Assembly (NCBI GenBank): GCA_028288505.1
Contig: JAQBNN010000224.1
Span: 7,778 to 71,777, forward strand
Reading direction: 5' to 3'
Source: Segetibacter sp.
GTDB taxonomy: Bacteria > Bacteroidota > Bacteroidia > Chitinophagales > Chitinophagaceae
DNA length: 64,000 nt
The position numbers and the translations under genes are program-made. This document shows positions 36,248 through 45,518 of this stretch, in pieces; position 1 is the stretch's first letter, and each line of letters starts with the position of its first letter. The notes beneath the pieces are model-generated. The model saw only the letters and a list, made by a program, of their open reading frames with translations, ran no database searches and was not told the DNA's origin.

Positions 36248-36833
36248 ATGGAAGTAAAAGAACCCGAGCCGCTATACCAAAAGCAACAGTATACCATACA
36301 GGAACACCTGCAATTGGAAAAAGACTCGTTGCAAAAACATGAATATTACAAAGGAGAAATCTTTGCCATGGCGGGTGCGTGGCCGAGGCATAATATTATT
36401 TTTAAAACCTTTACCGAGATATCGCTTATCTCTTGAAAGGTCACCCTTGCCAACCCTATGGCAGTAACATACGCATCAATATACCTGAAAACACTTTATT
36501 TACTTACCCTGATTTATCTATTATTTGTGGTGATATTAATCCATCTGATGCAGATGAAGATACAGCTGTACGTCCCTCTGTTTTAATTGAGATACTTTCA
36601 AAGTCTACCAAGGATTATTACCGTGCGGAAAGTTTATATTGTACCGTGCTATCCCTACGCTAAAAGAATAAATTTTAGTTGATTCTGAGGTAGTCCACCT
36701 TGAGTATTGGTCTTTAAATAAAGAAAATTTTTCGCAATTACAGGAGTTTAAAGATAAACAGCAACGGTTCACGATTGCAACTGTTGGATTGCAATTGAAG
36801 CTGCAGGACATATACGAAGGCACGAAGCTGTAA
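36248..36833 (+). pseudogene. Uma2 family endonuclease pseudogene
   Basis: Homologous to 29979-30566 along its length. One-base frameshifts near 36404-36407 and about 36630, plus an in-frame TAA at E*ILVD. The last frame ends ...LQDIYEGTKL* at 36833. Confidence 0.85.
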
Positions 36834-36863
36834 GGTTTTTTTTCGGTGACTAAAGTGCTACAA

Positions 36864-36920
36864 GTACAAGAGTGCGACGCAACAATGATGAAGTATTTCT
36901 AATGCTGGAACACAAAAAAT
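36864..36920 (+). repeat. Element copy 21 (A), right of the Uma2 pseudogene
   Basis: GTACAAGAGTGCGACGCAACAATGATG...AATGCTGGAACACAAAAAAT. Confidence 0.9.
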
Positions 36921-36930
36921 ATTATCAATA

Positions 36931-36962
36931 AAAAAGGCGACTGAATAATCAGTCGCCTTTTC
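36931..36962 (-). terminator. Intrinsic terminator of the TPR gene
   Basis: AAAAAGGCGACTGA-ATAA-TCAGTCGCCTTTTT. Confidence 0.8.
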
Positions 36963-36982
36963 GTTTTAGTTATTTGTCTTAT

Positions 36983-38005
36983 TTAGAATGAAGATTTTAC
37001 TGTTTTTAACTGGGCGAGGTTTGGATCCATTTTAATAGCTTGCTCACACAATGCAATCCCTTTATTCTTATCACCCTTCTTTTGATATGCAAGACCGCAC
37101 ATGTATAACGCCTTGCTGTTCATGTTGTCATTCTTAAAAATCTCCTGGTATGTATTTGCAGCATCCTGGAACTTGTTGAGCTTAAAGTAAGCCTGCGCAA
37201 TTTGGAATAAGATAGGTGCATTTCCAGGCTTATTTTCCAAAACCTTATTCAAGGTTTCAATACCTTTCTTCATGTCGAAGCCAAGGTAAGCAAGGCCTAA
37301 ATTTTCGTAATAGGCCATATCAGTTTTATACCCTTTTGCAGCAGCCTGTTCCCAATATTTCACAGCTTCTTTTTCATCGTTCATGGTATAGTACAATAAA
37401 CCAAGCTCGTAAATAAGGTCTTTATCGTTAGGAGATAATTCTAAAGTTTGTTTGTATACAGCAATAGCCTGGTTGTAATTGCTAAGGTCGATGTAAGTTT
37501 TACCTAATAAAGTAACTGCTTTAAGATTTTGTGGTTCAGCTTTTACAACTTCGTTTAAAAACTTTTGGGCAGTACCGTAATTTTCGATCTCGTAATACGA
37601 CTTGCCAAGCATGAACTTCAGCTCATTATCAGCCTTATTCTTAGCCAGCTTGTTTCCGTAGACGATCACGTCATTCCACCTGCGAAGATGGAAGCTTAAC
37701 TGCGTCATTTTAGTAAGAGCCAGAACATGATTAAGATTCTTTTCCAGCACCTTTCCTAATTGCTCAACTGCAGGAAAATATTTTCTTTGCTCTACTAGGT
37801 AGTTCACATATTCAAGCCTGATATTGTCGTTCAGCGGGTTGAAAGTTATCGCCTTCTGAAAACTCTTATCTGCTTCCCAAACTTTCCTGGCCTGGTTTAA
37901 CTCTTTTGCCCTTGAAAAATAATAACCTGAACTATCTGCCGCGTTACTCGAAAAAGCACAAAGTGAAGAAGCTACCAACACGTTTACAAGGAGGAATTTT
38001 TTCAT
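36983..38005 (-). CDS. Exported tetratricopeptide repeat protein
   Basis: Signal peptide; multiple TPR consensus units (LG..Y....Y..A). Confidence 0.85.
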   Translation of the reverse strand: MKKFLLVNVLVASSLCAFSSNAADSSGYYFSRAKELNQARKVWEADKSFQKAITFNPLNDNIRLEYVNYLVEQRKYFPAVEQLGKVLEKNLNHVLALTKMTQLSFHLRRWNDVIVYGNKLAKNKADNELKFMLGKSYYEIENYGTAQKFLNEVVKAEPQNLKAVTLLGKTYIDLSNYNQAIAVYKQTLELSPNDKDLIYELGLLYYTMNDEKEAVKYWEQAAAKGYKTDMAYYENLGLAYLGFDMKKGIETLNKVLENKPGNAPILFQIAQAYFKLNKFQDAANTYQEIFKNDNMNSKALYMCGLAYQKKGDKNKGIALCEQAIKMDPNLAQLKTVKSSF

Positions 38006-38080
38006 TAGGACGAATGAATTTGGAGGTGTCTAAATCTGGTACTGAATTTGAAATTCGTCCCAATTTGAGACTAAAATTCC

Positions 38081-40036
38081 TCATTTCAAAATTATAGCTC
38101 CTAATGGCGGTAAATTTAATGACAGTTTAATAGAACCTTCATTTTTATCTACTTCTTCAACAGCTATTTCAGGATTATAAACGTGGCCGCTTCCGAAATA
38201 TTTTTTGTCATCACTATTAAAAATCTCTTTCCACTTTGTTTTGCCTTTTACGGTCAAGTGAAAATCCAGCCGGGGCACAGTCGTCATATTTAGAATGATT
38301 ACAAGGTCGTCTTTTGGCTTTAAACCCATACGTTTAAATATTATAATGCTTTCATTTCTACGGTTCAGATCAACCCATTCGAAACCGCCCTTTTCAAACT
38401 GCTTCTCGTATAATGCCGGTTCGCCCCGGTACAACTTGTTCAGGTCTTTTATACACTGCTGCATACCCAGGTGCGATGGAAACTTCAGCAATTCCCATTG
38501 CAATTCACTTTTGTAATTCCATTCCTGTGTTTGTCCAAATTCGCATCCCATAAAAAGCAATTTTGCCCCGGGATGAGAAAACATATAACTATATAACAAA
38601 CGCAGGTTGGCAAACTTCTGCCACTCATCACCCGGCATCTTATACAGCATTGGGCTTTTGCCATGCACTACTTCATCATGACTTAAAGGCAACATGAAAT
38701 TTTCGTCATAGAAATACATCATGCTGAACGTGAACTTGTCCTGGTGGAATTTGCGGAACCACGGGTCCATTTTGTAATAGTCAAGGGTATCATGCATCCA
38801 ACCCATCATCCACTTCATCCCAAAACCTAACCCTCCCATGTGTATAGGCTTGCTTATACCAGGCCAATCAGTGGATTCCTCGGCAATCGTTTGCACATCA
38901 GGAAAGTCTCTATAAATGGTGAGGTTTAAATCTTTAATAAAGGAAATAGCTTCGATATTTCCGTTACCGCCAAATTCGTTTGGTTCCCACTCCCCTTCTT
39001 CGCGGCTATAATCCAACCGGAGCATAGAGGAAACTGCATCAACCCTAATACCGTCGATATGCAATTTTTCGAACCAAAACCTTGCACTACTTATTAAAAA
39101 CGATTTTACTTCTCCTCTTTTGTAATTGAAAATGTAAGAGTTCCAATCAGGATGGAAACCCTTGCGCATGTCAGCATACTCGTATGTATGTGTACCGTCA
39201 AACATAAAAAGCCCGTGCGAATCGTATGGAAAATGAGAAGGCACCCAATCAAGAATAACACCTACACCTGCTTGGTGAAAAGCATCAACCAAAGCCGCAA
39301 AATCTTGTGGCGTACCAAAGCGGCTGGTGGTAGCAAAATAACCGGTTCCCTGGTAGCCCCAACTTCCATCGAAAGGATGTTCCATTACCGGCATAAATTC
39401 TACGTGTGTAAAGCCCATAAACTTTACATACGGCACCATCAACTCTATCATCTGCTGATAAGTGTTGTAACTCTCCTCATTATGTTTATCAGGACGCATC
39501 CAGCTAGCAAGGTGAACTTCGTAAACGGAGTAAGGAGCATCAAGCGAATTATGCTTTTTCCTGGTCTTCATCCACTTTTCATCCTTCCATTTATAATTTA
39601 CATCCCAGGTTATTGAAGCAGTGTAAGGACGCTTTTCCCAATAGTGTGCATAAGGATCGCCCTTATCTACTTTAACTCCCTGGAAGCCTTCTATATGATA
39701 CTTGTACGCTTCTCCTGCAATCACGCCGGGGATAAAACCTTCCCAAATGCCTGAGTGATCTAATCGAACAAACAGCGCATGGGCATCAAACGCCCATTTA
39801 TTAAAATGACCGATGACAGAAACAGCAGTAGCATTAGGCGCCCAAACCGCAAAATAAGTTCCAGCTGTATTTAAAACAGTCAATTGCTTATTCCCAAGCA
39901 AGTCATACATCCGATAATTGCTCCCATTCTGAAAGTTGCGAACCTGCTCTTCGTCAAAAAGCGAATAATTCCAAACAGGTTTTGTAGTATCTACAAAATG
40001 GATCTCCTCGTATTTTTTTGTTTCTTGTTTCTCCAC
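38081..40036 (-). CDS. glgB: 1,4-alpha-glucan branching enzyme
   Basis: FAVWAPNA, YEVHLASW, SWGYQ, DWVPSHFP, RVDAVSSM, AEEST, LSHDEVVHGK. Confidence 0.96.
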   Translation of the reverse strand: MEKQETKKYEEIHFVDTTKPVWNYSLFDEEQVRNFQNGSNYRMYDLLGNKQLTVLNTAGTYFAVWAPNATAVSVIGHFNKWAFDAHALFVRLDHSGIWEGFIPGVIAGEAYKYHIEGFQGVKVDKGDPYAHYWEKRPYTASITWDVNYKWKDEKWMKTRKKHNSLDAPYSVYEVHLASWMRPDKHNEESYNTYQQMIELMVPYVKFMGFTHVEFMPVMEHPFDGSWGYQGTGYFATTSRFGTPQDFAALVDAFHQAGVGVILDWVPSHFPYDSHGLFMFDGTHTYEYADMRKGFHPDWNSYIFNYKRGEVKSFLISSARFWFEKLHIDGIRVDAVSSMLRLDYSREEGEWEPNEFGGNGNIEAISFIKDLNLTIYRDFPDVQTIAEESTDWPGISKPIHMGGLGFGMKWMMGWMHDTLDYYKMDPWFRKFHQDKFTFSMMYFYDENFMLPLSHDEVVHGKSPMLYKMPGDEWQKFANLRLLYSYMFSHPGAKLLFMGCEFGQTQEWNYKSELQWELLKFPSHLGMQQCIKDLNKLYRGEPALYEKQFEKGGFEWVDLNRRNESIIIFKRMGLKPKDDLVIILNMTTVPRLDFHLTVKGKTKWKEIFNSDDKKYFGSGHVYNPEIAVEEVDKNEGSIKLSLNLPPLGAIILK

Positions 40037-40402
40037 AGTAGTATTTGTAAGCGATGAAATAACATTGGTAATCTTCTTTACAATATTGCCAGCACCAGTC
40101 CCGTCTAAAGGCTAATTAAACGGGTTACCTGGCTTTTTTACTTTGTATTATCAATTAGTAAGGCCCGGAAAACGAAACTCTTTCACTTTTATCACTTCCC
40201 GCGGTATCACTTTTTGTCTCTTTGTTGTCCATTCCAACAGAATTCTTTATTACGCTACCTGCAGAAGCTTTTTTCTTTCGGGCATAAGAATATCGGTTTT
40301 TATAAAGATACTGAATGAACTTAACTCTTGCTCAGTATCCAGGTCAATGAAAAGTATTCAAGGAATTGAAAGATAAAATGCAGGCCAACACTGCTTAAAA
40401 AG

Positions 40403-40460
40403 ATTTTTGTTACCAGCAACAGGTCAAAGATTATCCTTTCGTTGCGTCGCACTCTTGTAC
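40403..40460 (-). repeat. Element copy 22 (A)
   Basis: Reverse complement reads GTACAAGAGTGCGACGCAACGAAAGG...TTGCTGGTAACAAAAAT. Confidence 0.9.
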
Positions 40461-40538
40461 AGTTAAAGCTTTATTCAACAAATAAAACACATTAATTCAA
40501 ATACCTATCATGCCCTCCCGTTTTTTAGACGACAAACA

Positions 40539-40567
40539 AAAAGGGTTTCACTAAATGAAACCCTTTT
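40539..40567 (-). terminator. Intrinsic terminator of the GH13/MFS operon
   Basis: AAAAGGGTTTCA-CTAAA-TGAAACCCTTTT. Confidence 0.75.
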
Positions 40568-40570
40568 AAA

Positions 40571-42421
40571 CTATTTCGACAGCTCAATTACCCACATTCG
40601 TTTTGCAGGTATTGTAAGCTTTTTATTTGTGCCAAACCTTGCACCAGTAACTACATTTCGTGCCTGTTTAAATCCTTCCGTTCTTTCCGCAAACTGAGTA
40701 AAATCAATATCTCTTTCTTTATCGCTTGTATTCATCATGCACATTACTGTTTGGTTATTATCATACCTAAAGTAAACATATAGACCGTTGTCAGGAGCAT
40801 ACTGCATCATCTTACCAGTTTTTATAGCCGAAGATGATTTACGGAAGTTAGCAAGCTTCATTGTCCAATCGTGTACTTCATTCTCCTGCTCGGTCCTGCC
40901 TTCTTTAGTAAACTTGCTCATCTTATCTTCCTGCCAGCCGCCTTTAAAATCCAACCTTACCCAACCGTCAGGGTTCGAAACTCCCTTCATTGAAATTTCG
41001 GTTCCATAATACAACTGTGGTATCCCACGGCAGGTAAGCAACCACGCAATTCCTGTTTTATGCTTTTCAACGTCGTCGTTCACTTGCGATAAAAACCGGC
41101 TCATGTCATGGTTATCTAAAAAGATGACATGGTTCATAGGGTTTGTATAAACAAAGTCTTGCGACAAAGTTTGGTACAATTTATTTACCCCTTCTGTCCA
41201 ACCAAAGTTCTGGTTCATGGCCGGAACAATTCCATAAAGGTTAGTTTGAAAATCGGTTACTCCCTTAAGGTTGCTTTTGAAGGGAATATCAAATTTATTC
41301 TCCGTAAAATAAGCCTGGCTTGGTGTGCCGTGTACCCATGTTTCGCCAAACATTGTTATAGAAGGATACTCATCCAGCAAGGCTTTGTTACAATGATTCA
41401 TAAACGCAAGGTCGTTGTAGATATAGGTATCTATACGCCATCCGTCTACCCCAAATTCTTCTACGCTCCAAATAGCATGTTGAATAAGGTAGTTAGCTAC
41501 ATAAGGGTTGCTATGATTTAGGTCGGGCATTTGGGTAGTAAACCACCCATTGCTGGTTATTCTCCTGTCACTCTTCGAGGCATATGGATCGATTAAAGGC
41601 TGGTCTTTATAGGAGGTTTGAGTAAACTTAGGCCACACGTGCAACCAATCCTTCATTGGCTTATCAAGAACTGTAAAGTGATAACTACCCACATGGTTAT
41701 AAACAGCATCCTGTATTAGTTTCATTCCTTTTGCATGCAGTGCATCACTCAGTTTTTTATAGGCCGTTTCACCTCCAAATCTTGGTTCTATTTTGTAGTG
41801 ATTAGTGAAAGCATAACCATGTTCTGTACGGTTAGGCATATCATTTTCGAGTACAGGTGTCAGCCATACTGTTGTAACACCTAAATTTTGTAAATAATCC
41901 AAATGGTTGATCACGCCCTGCAGGTCACCACCATGCCTGTGATAAATCGAATCCCTGTTTAAGGTTTGATCTCTCATTCCACTTACGCGATCATTTGTAG
42001 GATCGCCGTTGCTGAAACGATCAGGCATTAAGAGGTAGACAAAATCAGCAGAAGTAACACCTTGCGCAAACTTTGTTCCCTTCCCCGGCCTCCTGTTCTT
42101 TAAAGGAAAGTCGACTATAATGGGGGCACCACTCCTTTTTAAATTAATTTTTACATTGCCTGCCTTTGCGGTTCCCGATATAGTTACGTCAACAAACAAG
42201 TAGTTTTCGTTTTCTACTTTGTGTACTTTTTGAACTTTTACCCCCGGATAATTTATTGATACATCGGTAACTCCTTTAGCTATCCCGTTAGCATGGAGCA
42301 TTAACTGTAGTTTAGGTTCCTTCATTCCAACCCACCAATTGGTAGGATAAACAGAGGGTGCCTGCCCAAAAACAGAAAACGAACTAACAAAGGCTACTAT
42401 GACTAAAAAACTTTTTATCAT
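40571..42421 (-). CDS. Exported GH13 neopullulanase/cyclomaltodextrinase (SusA-like)
   Basis: Signal peptide; YLLMPDRFSNGD, GGDLQG, DAVYNH, RIDT, GETW, FLDNHD. Confidence 0.88.
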   Translation of the reverse strand: MIKSFLVIVAFVSSFSVFGQAPSVYPTNWWVGMKEPKLQLMLHANGIAKGVTDVSINYPGVKVQKVHKVENENYLFVDVTISGTAKAGNVKINLKRSGAPIIVDFPLKNRRPGKGTKFAQGVTSADFVYLLMPDRFSNGDPTNDRVSGMRDQTLNRDSIYHRHGGDLQGVINHLDYLQNLGVTTVWLTPVLENDMPNRTEHGYAFTNHYKIEPRFGGETAYKKLSDALHAKGMKLIQDAVYNHVGSYHFTVLDKPMKDWLHVWPKFTQTSYKDQPLIDPYASKSDRRITSNGWFTTQMPDLNHSNPYVANYLIQHAIWSVEEFGVDGWRIDTYIYNDLAFMNHCNKALLDEYPSITMFGETWVHGTPSQAYFTENKFDIPFKSNLKGVTDFQTNLYGIVPAMNQNFGWTEGVNKLYQTLSQDFVYTNPMNHVIFLDNHDMSRFLSQVNDDVEKHKTGIAWLLTCRGIPQLYYGTEISMKGVSNPDGWVRLDFKGGWQEDKMSKFTKEGRTEQENEVHDWTMKLANFRKSSSAIKTGKMMQYAPDNGLYVYFRYDNNQTVMCMMNTSDKERDIDFTQFAERTEGFKQARNVVTGARFGTNKKLTIPAKRMWVIELSK

Positions 42422-42447
42422 TAATAATAATATTAGATGATTAGGAA

Positions 42448-43794
42448 TTACTCATCAGCATCTTTAACCAACAGGTTTAGGAAACCTGCTATAACCATTG
42501 AAACACCTCCTACTACCAACGCATAAATACTTTCGCTGTTAAATAAGATTCTTACAAAAAACCCGAGAATTGCCGCTGCTAATATTTGAGGAATTACAAC
42601 AAAAAAATTAAAGACACCCATATAGAAACCCATTTTATTAGCAGGTAATGCGCCGGCCAATATAGCATAGGGCATTGTGAGAGTGGAAGCCCATGCAAGA
42701 CCCACGCCAACCATTGGTAATAAAAGCATGTTCTTATCCTTGATGTACAGCATTGAAATAAGACCCACTCCACCTATAATTAGAGCTACCATATGAGTAC
42801 AGCGGCGCCCGATCTTTTTAGCGAGGAAGGGTAACATGAAAGCAGCTATCGCTGACACCCCGTTATACACCATAAACATTACACCCACCCAATCTCCTGC
42901 ATCCTGGTACGCTTTGGTAGTAGTATCGGTTGAACCGAAAGCATTTTGAGCTACGCCTGATGTTGTATAAATCCACATGGAAAAGAAAGCAAGCCATGTA
43001 AAAAATTGAACAATGGCCAGCTGCAACATTGTTTTAGGCATTGTTACTATTCCTTTTCCAATTGCAATAATCCCTTTTGTGAACCCTTTTGTTTGCTCCT
43101 TTTCTTCTTCGAAACTTTTCAGATCTTCTGGAGGGAGCTCTTTGGTGGAAACGATTGTCCACAACACCGCTAAAAAAAATACCACACCTCCTATATAAAA
43201 TGAGTACTTAACAGAATCAGGAATTACTCCATCTTCGGCAGTATTACTTATGCCCAAAACATTCGTGAAAAAATAAGGCAATAGGCTGGCAACTACTGCA
43301 CCTATACCTATAAAAAAGGTTTGCATTGCAAAGCCAGTAGTTCGTTGGTTTGAAGCTAATTTATCGCCAACAAAAGCCCTAAAAGGCTCCATTGAAATAT
43401 TGATAGAAGCATCGAGCACCCAAAGCATAATAGCAGCCATCCATAAAGCAGTGGAATTAGGCATTAGAAATAAAGCAATGGAAGATAGTACAGCGCCAAG
43501 GAAAAAGAAAGGTCTCCTTCTGCCCCAGGTTGAGTGCCAGGTGCGATCACTTAAATAACCAATAATGGGCTGAACCAATAAACCGGTGAGAGGAGCAGCA
43601 ATCCAAAGGATGGGAATTTCCTCAATCTCGGCGCCAAGGGTTTGAAAAATACGGCTAACATTCGCGTTTTGCAATGCAAACCCAAACTGAATTCCGAGAA
43701 AACCGAAACTCATGTTGAAGATCTGCAGCAGTGATAACTTTTTCTTATTCCCAGAAGATGAGGGGACGTTTGGATCAATAGTTACAAGGGCCAT
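42448..43794 (-). CDS. MFS transporter of the sucrose/maltose GPH (SLC45-like) type
   Basis: FLGIQFGFALQ, IGYLSDRTW..WGRRRPF, NISMEPFRA; ATG at 43794 preferred. Confidence 0.85.
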   Translation of the reverse strand: MALVTIDPNVPSSSGNKKKLSLLQIFNMSFGFLGIQFGFALQNANVSRIFQTLGAEIEEIPILWIAAPLTGLLVQPIIGYLSDRTWHSTWGRRRPFFFLGAVLSSIALFLMPNSTALWMAAIMLWVLDASINISMEPFRAFVGDKLASNQRTTGFAMQTFFIGIGAVVASLLPYFFTNVLGISNTAEDGVIPDSVKYSFYIGGVVFFLAVLWTIVSTKELPPEDLKSFEEEKEQTKGFTKGIIAIGKGIVTMPKTMLQLAIVQFFTWLAFFSMWIYTTSGVAQNAFGSTDTTTKAYQDAGDWVGVMFMVYNGVSAIAAFMLPFLAKKIGRRCTHMVALIIGGVGLISMLYIKDKNMLLLPMVGVGLAWASTLTMPYAILAGALPANKMGFYMGVFNFFVVIPQILAAAILGFFVRILFNSESIYALVVGGVSMVIAGFLNLLVKDADE

Positions 43795-43980
43795 AGTTAA
43801 GCAATCGTTTGTTAGTAATGTGTAAGTTTTACATGAACTAAAGTAATACAAAAAAACATCCTACGAGGGGATGTTGGAAAACAATCAGATATAATAATAG
43901 TTTTTATAGCATTAGCAAAAGTGTAACTAATATTTTGCTGTGTAAGTATAATTAGCCTGAAGCATAATAGTAGCACAACC

Positions 43981-44040
43981 GATGAAAGGATTGCGACGCA
44001 ACAATGATGCTATGTAATACAAATGCCGGTACCAAAAAAT
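43981..44040 (+). repeat. Element copy 23 (A'); abuts the glgC stop
   Basis: GAAAGGATTGCGACGCAACAATGATGCTATGTAATACAAATGCCGGTACCAAAAAAT. Confidence 0.9.
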
Positions 44041-44041
44041 T

Positions 44042-45328
44042 TTACTGTATTACAAAACCATCAGGTAAAATAGCATTCTTTTTTACTACAACTATGTCGT
44101 CTTTAATGGTATATAAAGCGTTGTCTGTTTCGGCCATTCCTGTGCCGCCAACAATTCTTACATCGTTGCCGATTCTGCAGTTTTTATCAACGATGGCGTG
44201 CTTAATATAGCAACGTTCGCCAATGCCAATCCTAGGGATTCCATTTCTAAGGTTACTTTCCATTTGCTCTAAAGTCTCAAACGTGTCGTTACCCATTAAA
44301 TAGCTGCTGACAACGGTGGTTCCAAAACCTATACGTGACCTTATACCAATTACACTATTTTCTATGCGGCTCGCATTAATGAACGAACCTTCTGCAATCA
44401 TGGTGCGTTCTAATGTTGTTCCACTTATTTTAGCAGGTGGAAGCATACGCGGCCTGGTAAAAATGGTGTGTATATTGTCGTACAAATTAAATGGTGGCAA
44501 CTCGTTTGTAAGCGCAAGATTAGCTTCGAAAAACGAAGAAATCTGCCCAATATCTTCCCAGTAACCTTCGTATTGATAACTGTAAACTTTATGTGTTCCA
44601 ATTGATTTTGGAATGATGTCTTTACCAAAATCTTTATCCTCGGGATAAACTTTTAATAACAGGTCAATTAATAGCTGCCTGTTGAAAATATAAATACCCA
44701 TAGAAGCAAGGTATTCCTTACCAATGTTCTTCATAGCTGGCCCTGTATCGCTAGTCCAATCTCCTAAAAGATCTTGCGAAGGTTTTTCTATAAACGATGT
44801 TACAAAATGGTTTTCATCCGTTTTTAAAATACCGAAGTCAGAAGCTTCCTTACCCGCTACAGGAATAGTAGCAAGTGTAATATCTGCGCCACTGCTTGCG
44901 TGTTCTGAAACCATTGCTTCGAAGTCCATTTGGTAAAGCTGGTCGCCACTAAGAATGAGAATATATTCGAATTCGAAGTTGAAAATATGTTTGAAGGATT
45001 GGCGTACAGCATCGGCAGTTCCCTGGAACCAGTTAGAGTTATCGGGCGTTTGTTCTGCTGCCAGTATATCTACAAATCCTTTGCTGAAGCCGCTAAAGTT
45101 GTATGTGTTTTTTATATGCCTGTTAAGTGAAGCAGAGTTGTATTGAGTAAGCACAAACATCCGGTTGATATTGCTGTTAATACAGTTACTAATAGGGATG
45201 TCTACTAAACGGTATTTACCCGCAATAGGCACAGCTGGTTTGCTGCGGCTAGCCGTTAAAGGGTGCAGCCTTGTACCAGCACCCCCACCCAAAATAACGG
45301 CCAATGCGGACTTCTGATAATTGAGCAT
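44042..45328 (-). CDS. glgC: Glucose-1-phosphate adenylyltransferase
   Basis: ILGGGAGTRLHPLT, KPAVPIAGKYRL, WFQGTADAV, LASMGIY, YWEDIG. Confidence 0.96.
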   Translation of the reverse strand: MLNYQKSALAVILGGGAGTRLHPLTASRSKPAVPIAGKYRLVDIPISNCINSNINRMFVLTQYNSASLNRHIKNTYNFSGFSKGFVDILAAEQTPDNSNWFQGTADAVRQSFKHIFNFEFEYILILSGDQLYQMDFEAMVSEHASSGADITLATIPVAGKEASDFGILKTDENHFVTSFIEKPSQDLLGDWTSDTGPAMKNIGKEYLASMGIYIFNRQLLIDLLLKVYPEDKDFGKDIIPKSIGTHKVYSYQYEGYWEDIGQISSFFEANLALTNELPPFNLYDNIHTIFTRPRMLPPAKISGTTLERTMIAEGSFINASRIENSVIGIRSRIGFGTTVVSSYLMGNDTFETLEQMESNLRNGIPRIGIGERCYIKHAIVDKNCRIGNDVRIVGGTGMAETDNALYTIKDDIVVVKKNAILPDGFVIQ

Positions 45329-45407
45329 AGTTTATTCTTTTAAATGTTACTATTATAAATCCTCTTGTCTTCTGATTTTACTTTTATGCACGCCATCTTA
45401 GTGAGTT

Positions 45408-45462
45408 GGTTGTGGTACGAGCATTCTTTTTTCTTCAACTTCGTTGTGTCACTCACTTGTAC
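45408..45462 (-). repeat. Element copy 24 (B)
   Basis: Reverse complement reads GTACAAGTGAGTGACACAACGAAG...AATGCTCGTACCAC. Confidence 0.85.
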
Positions 45463-45518
45463 CACATCCCTCTATTCTTCTTTGCCGCCCTAACTAAAAC
45501 ACTTAATATTCGTTCCAC

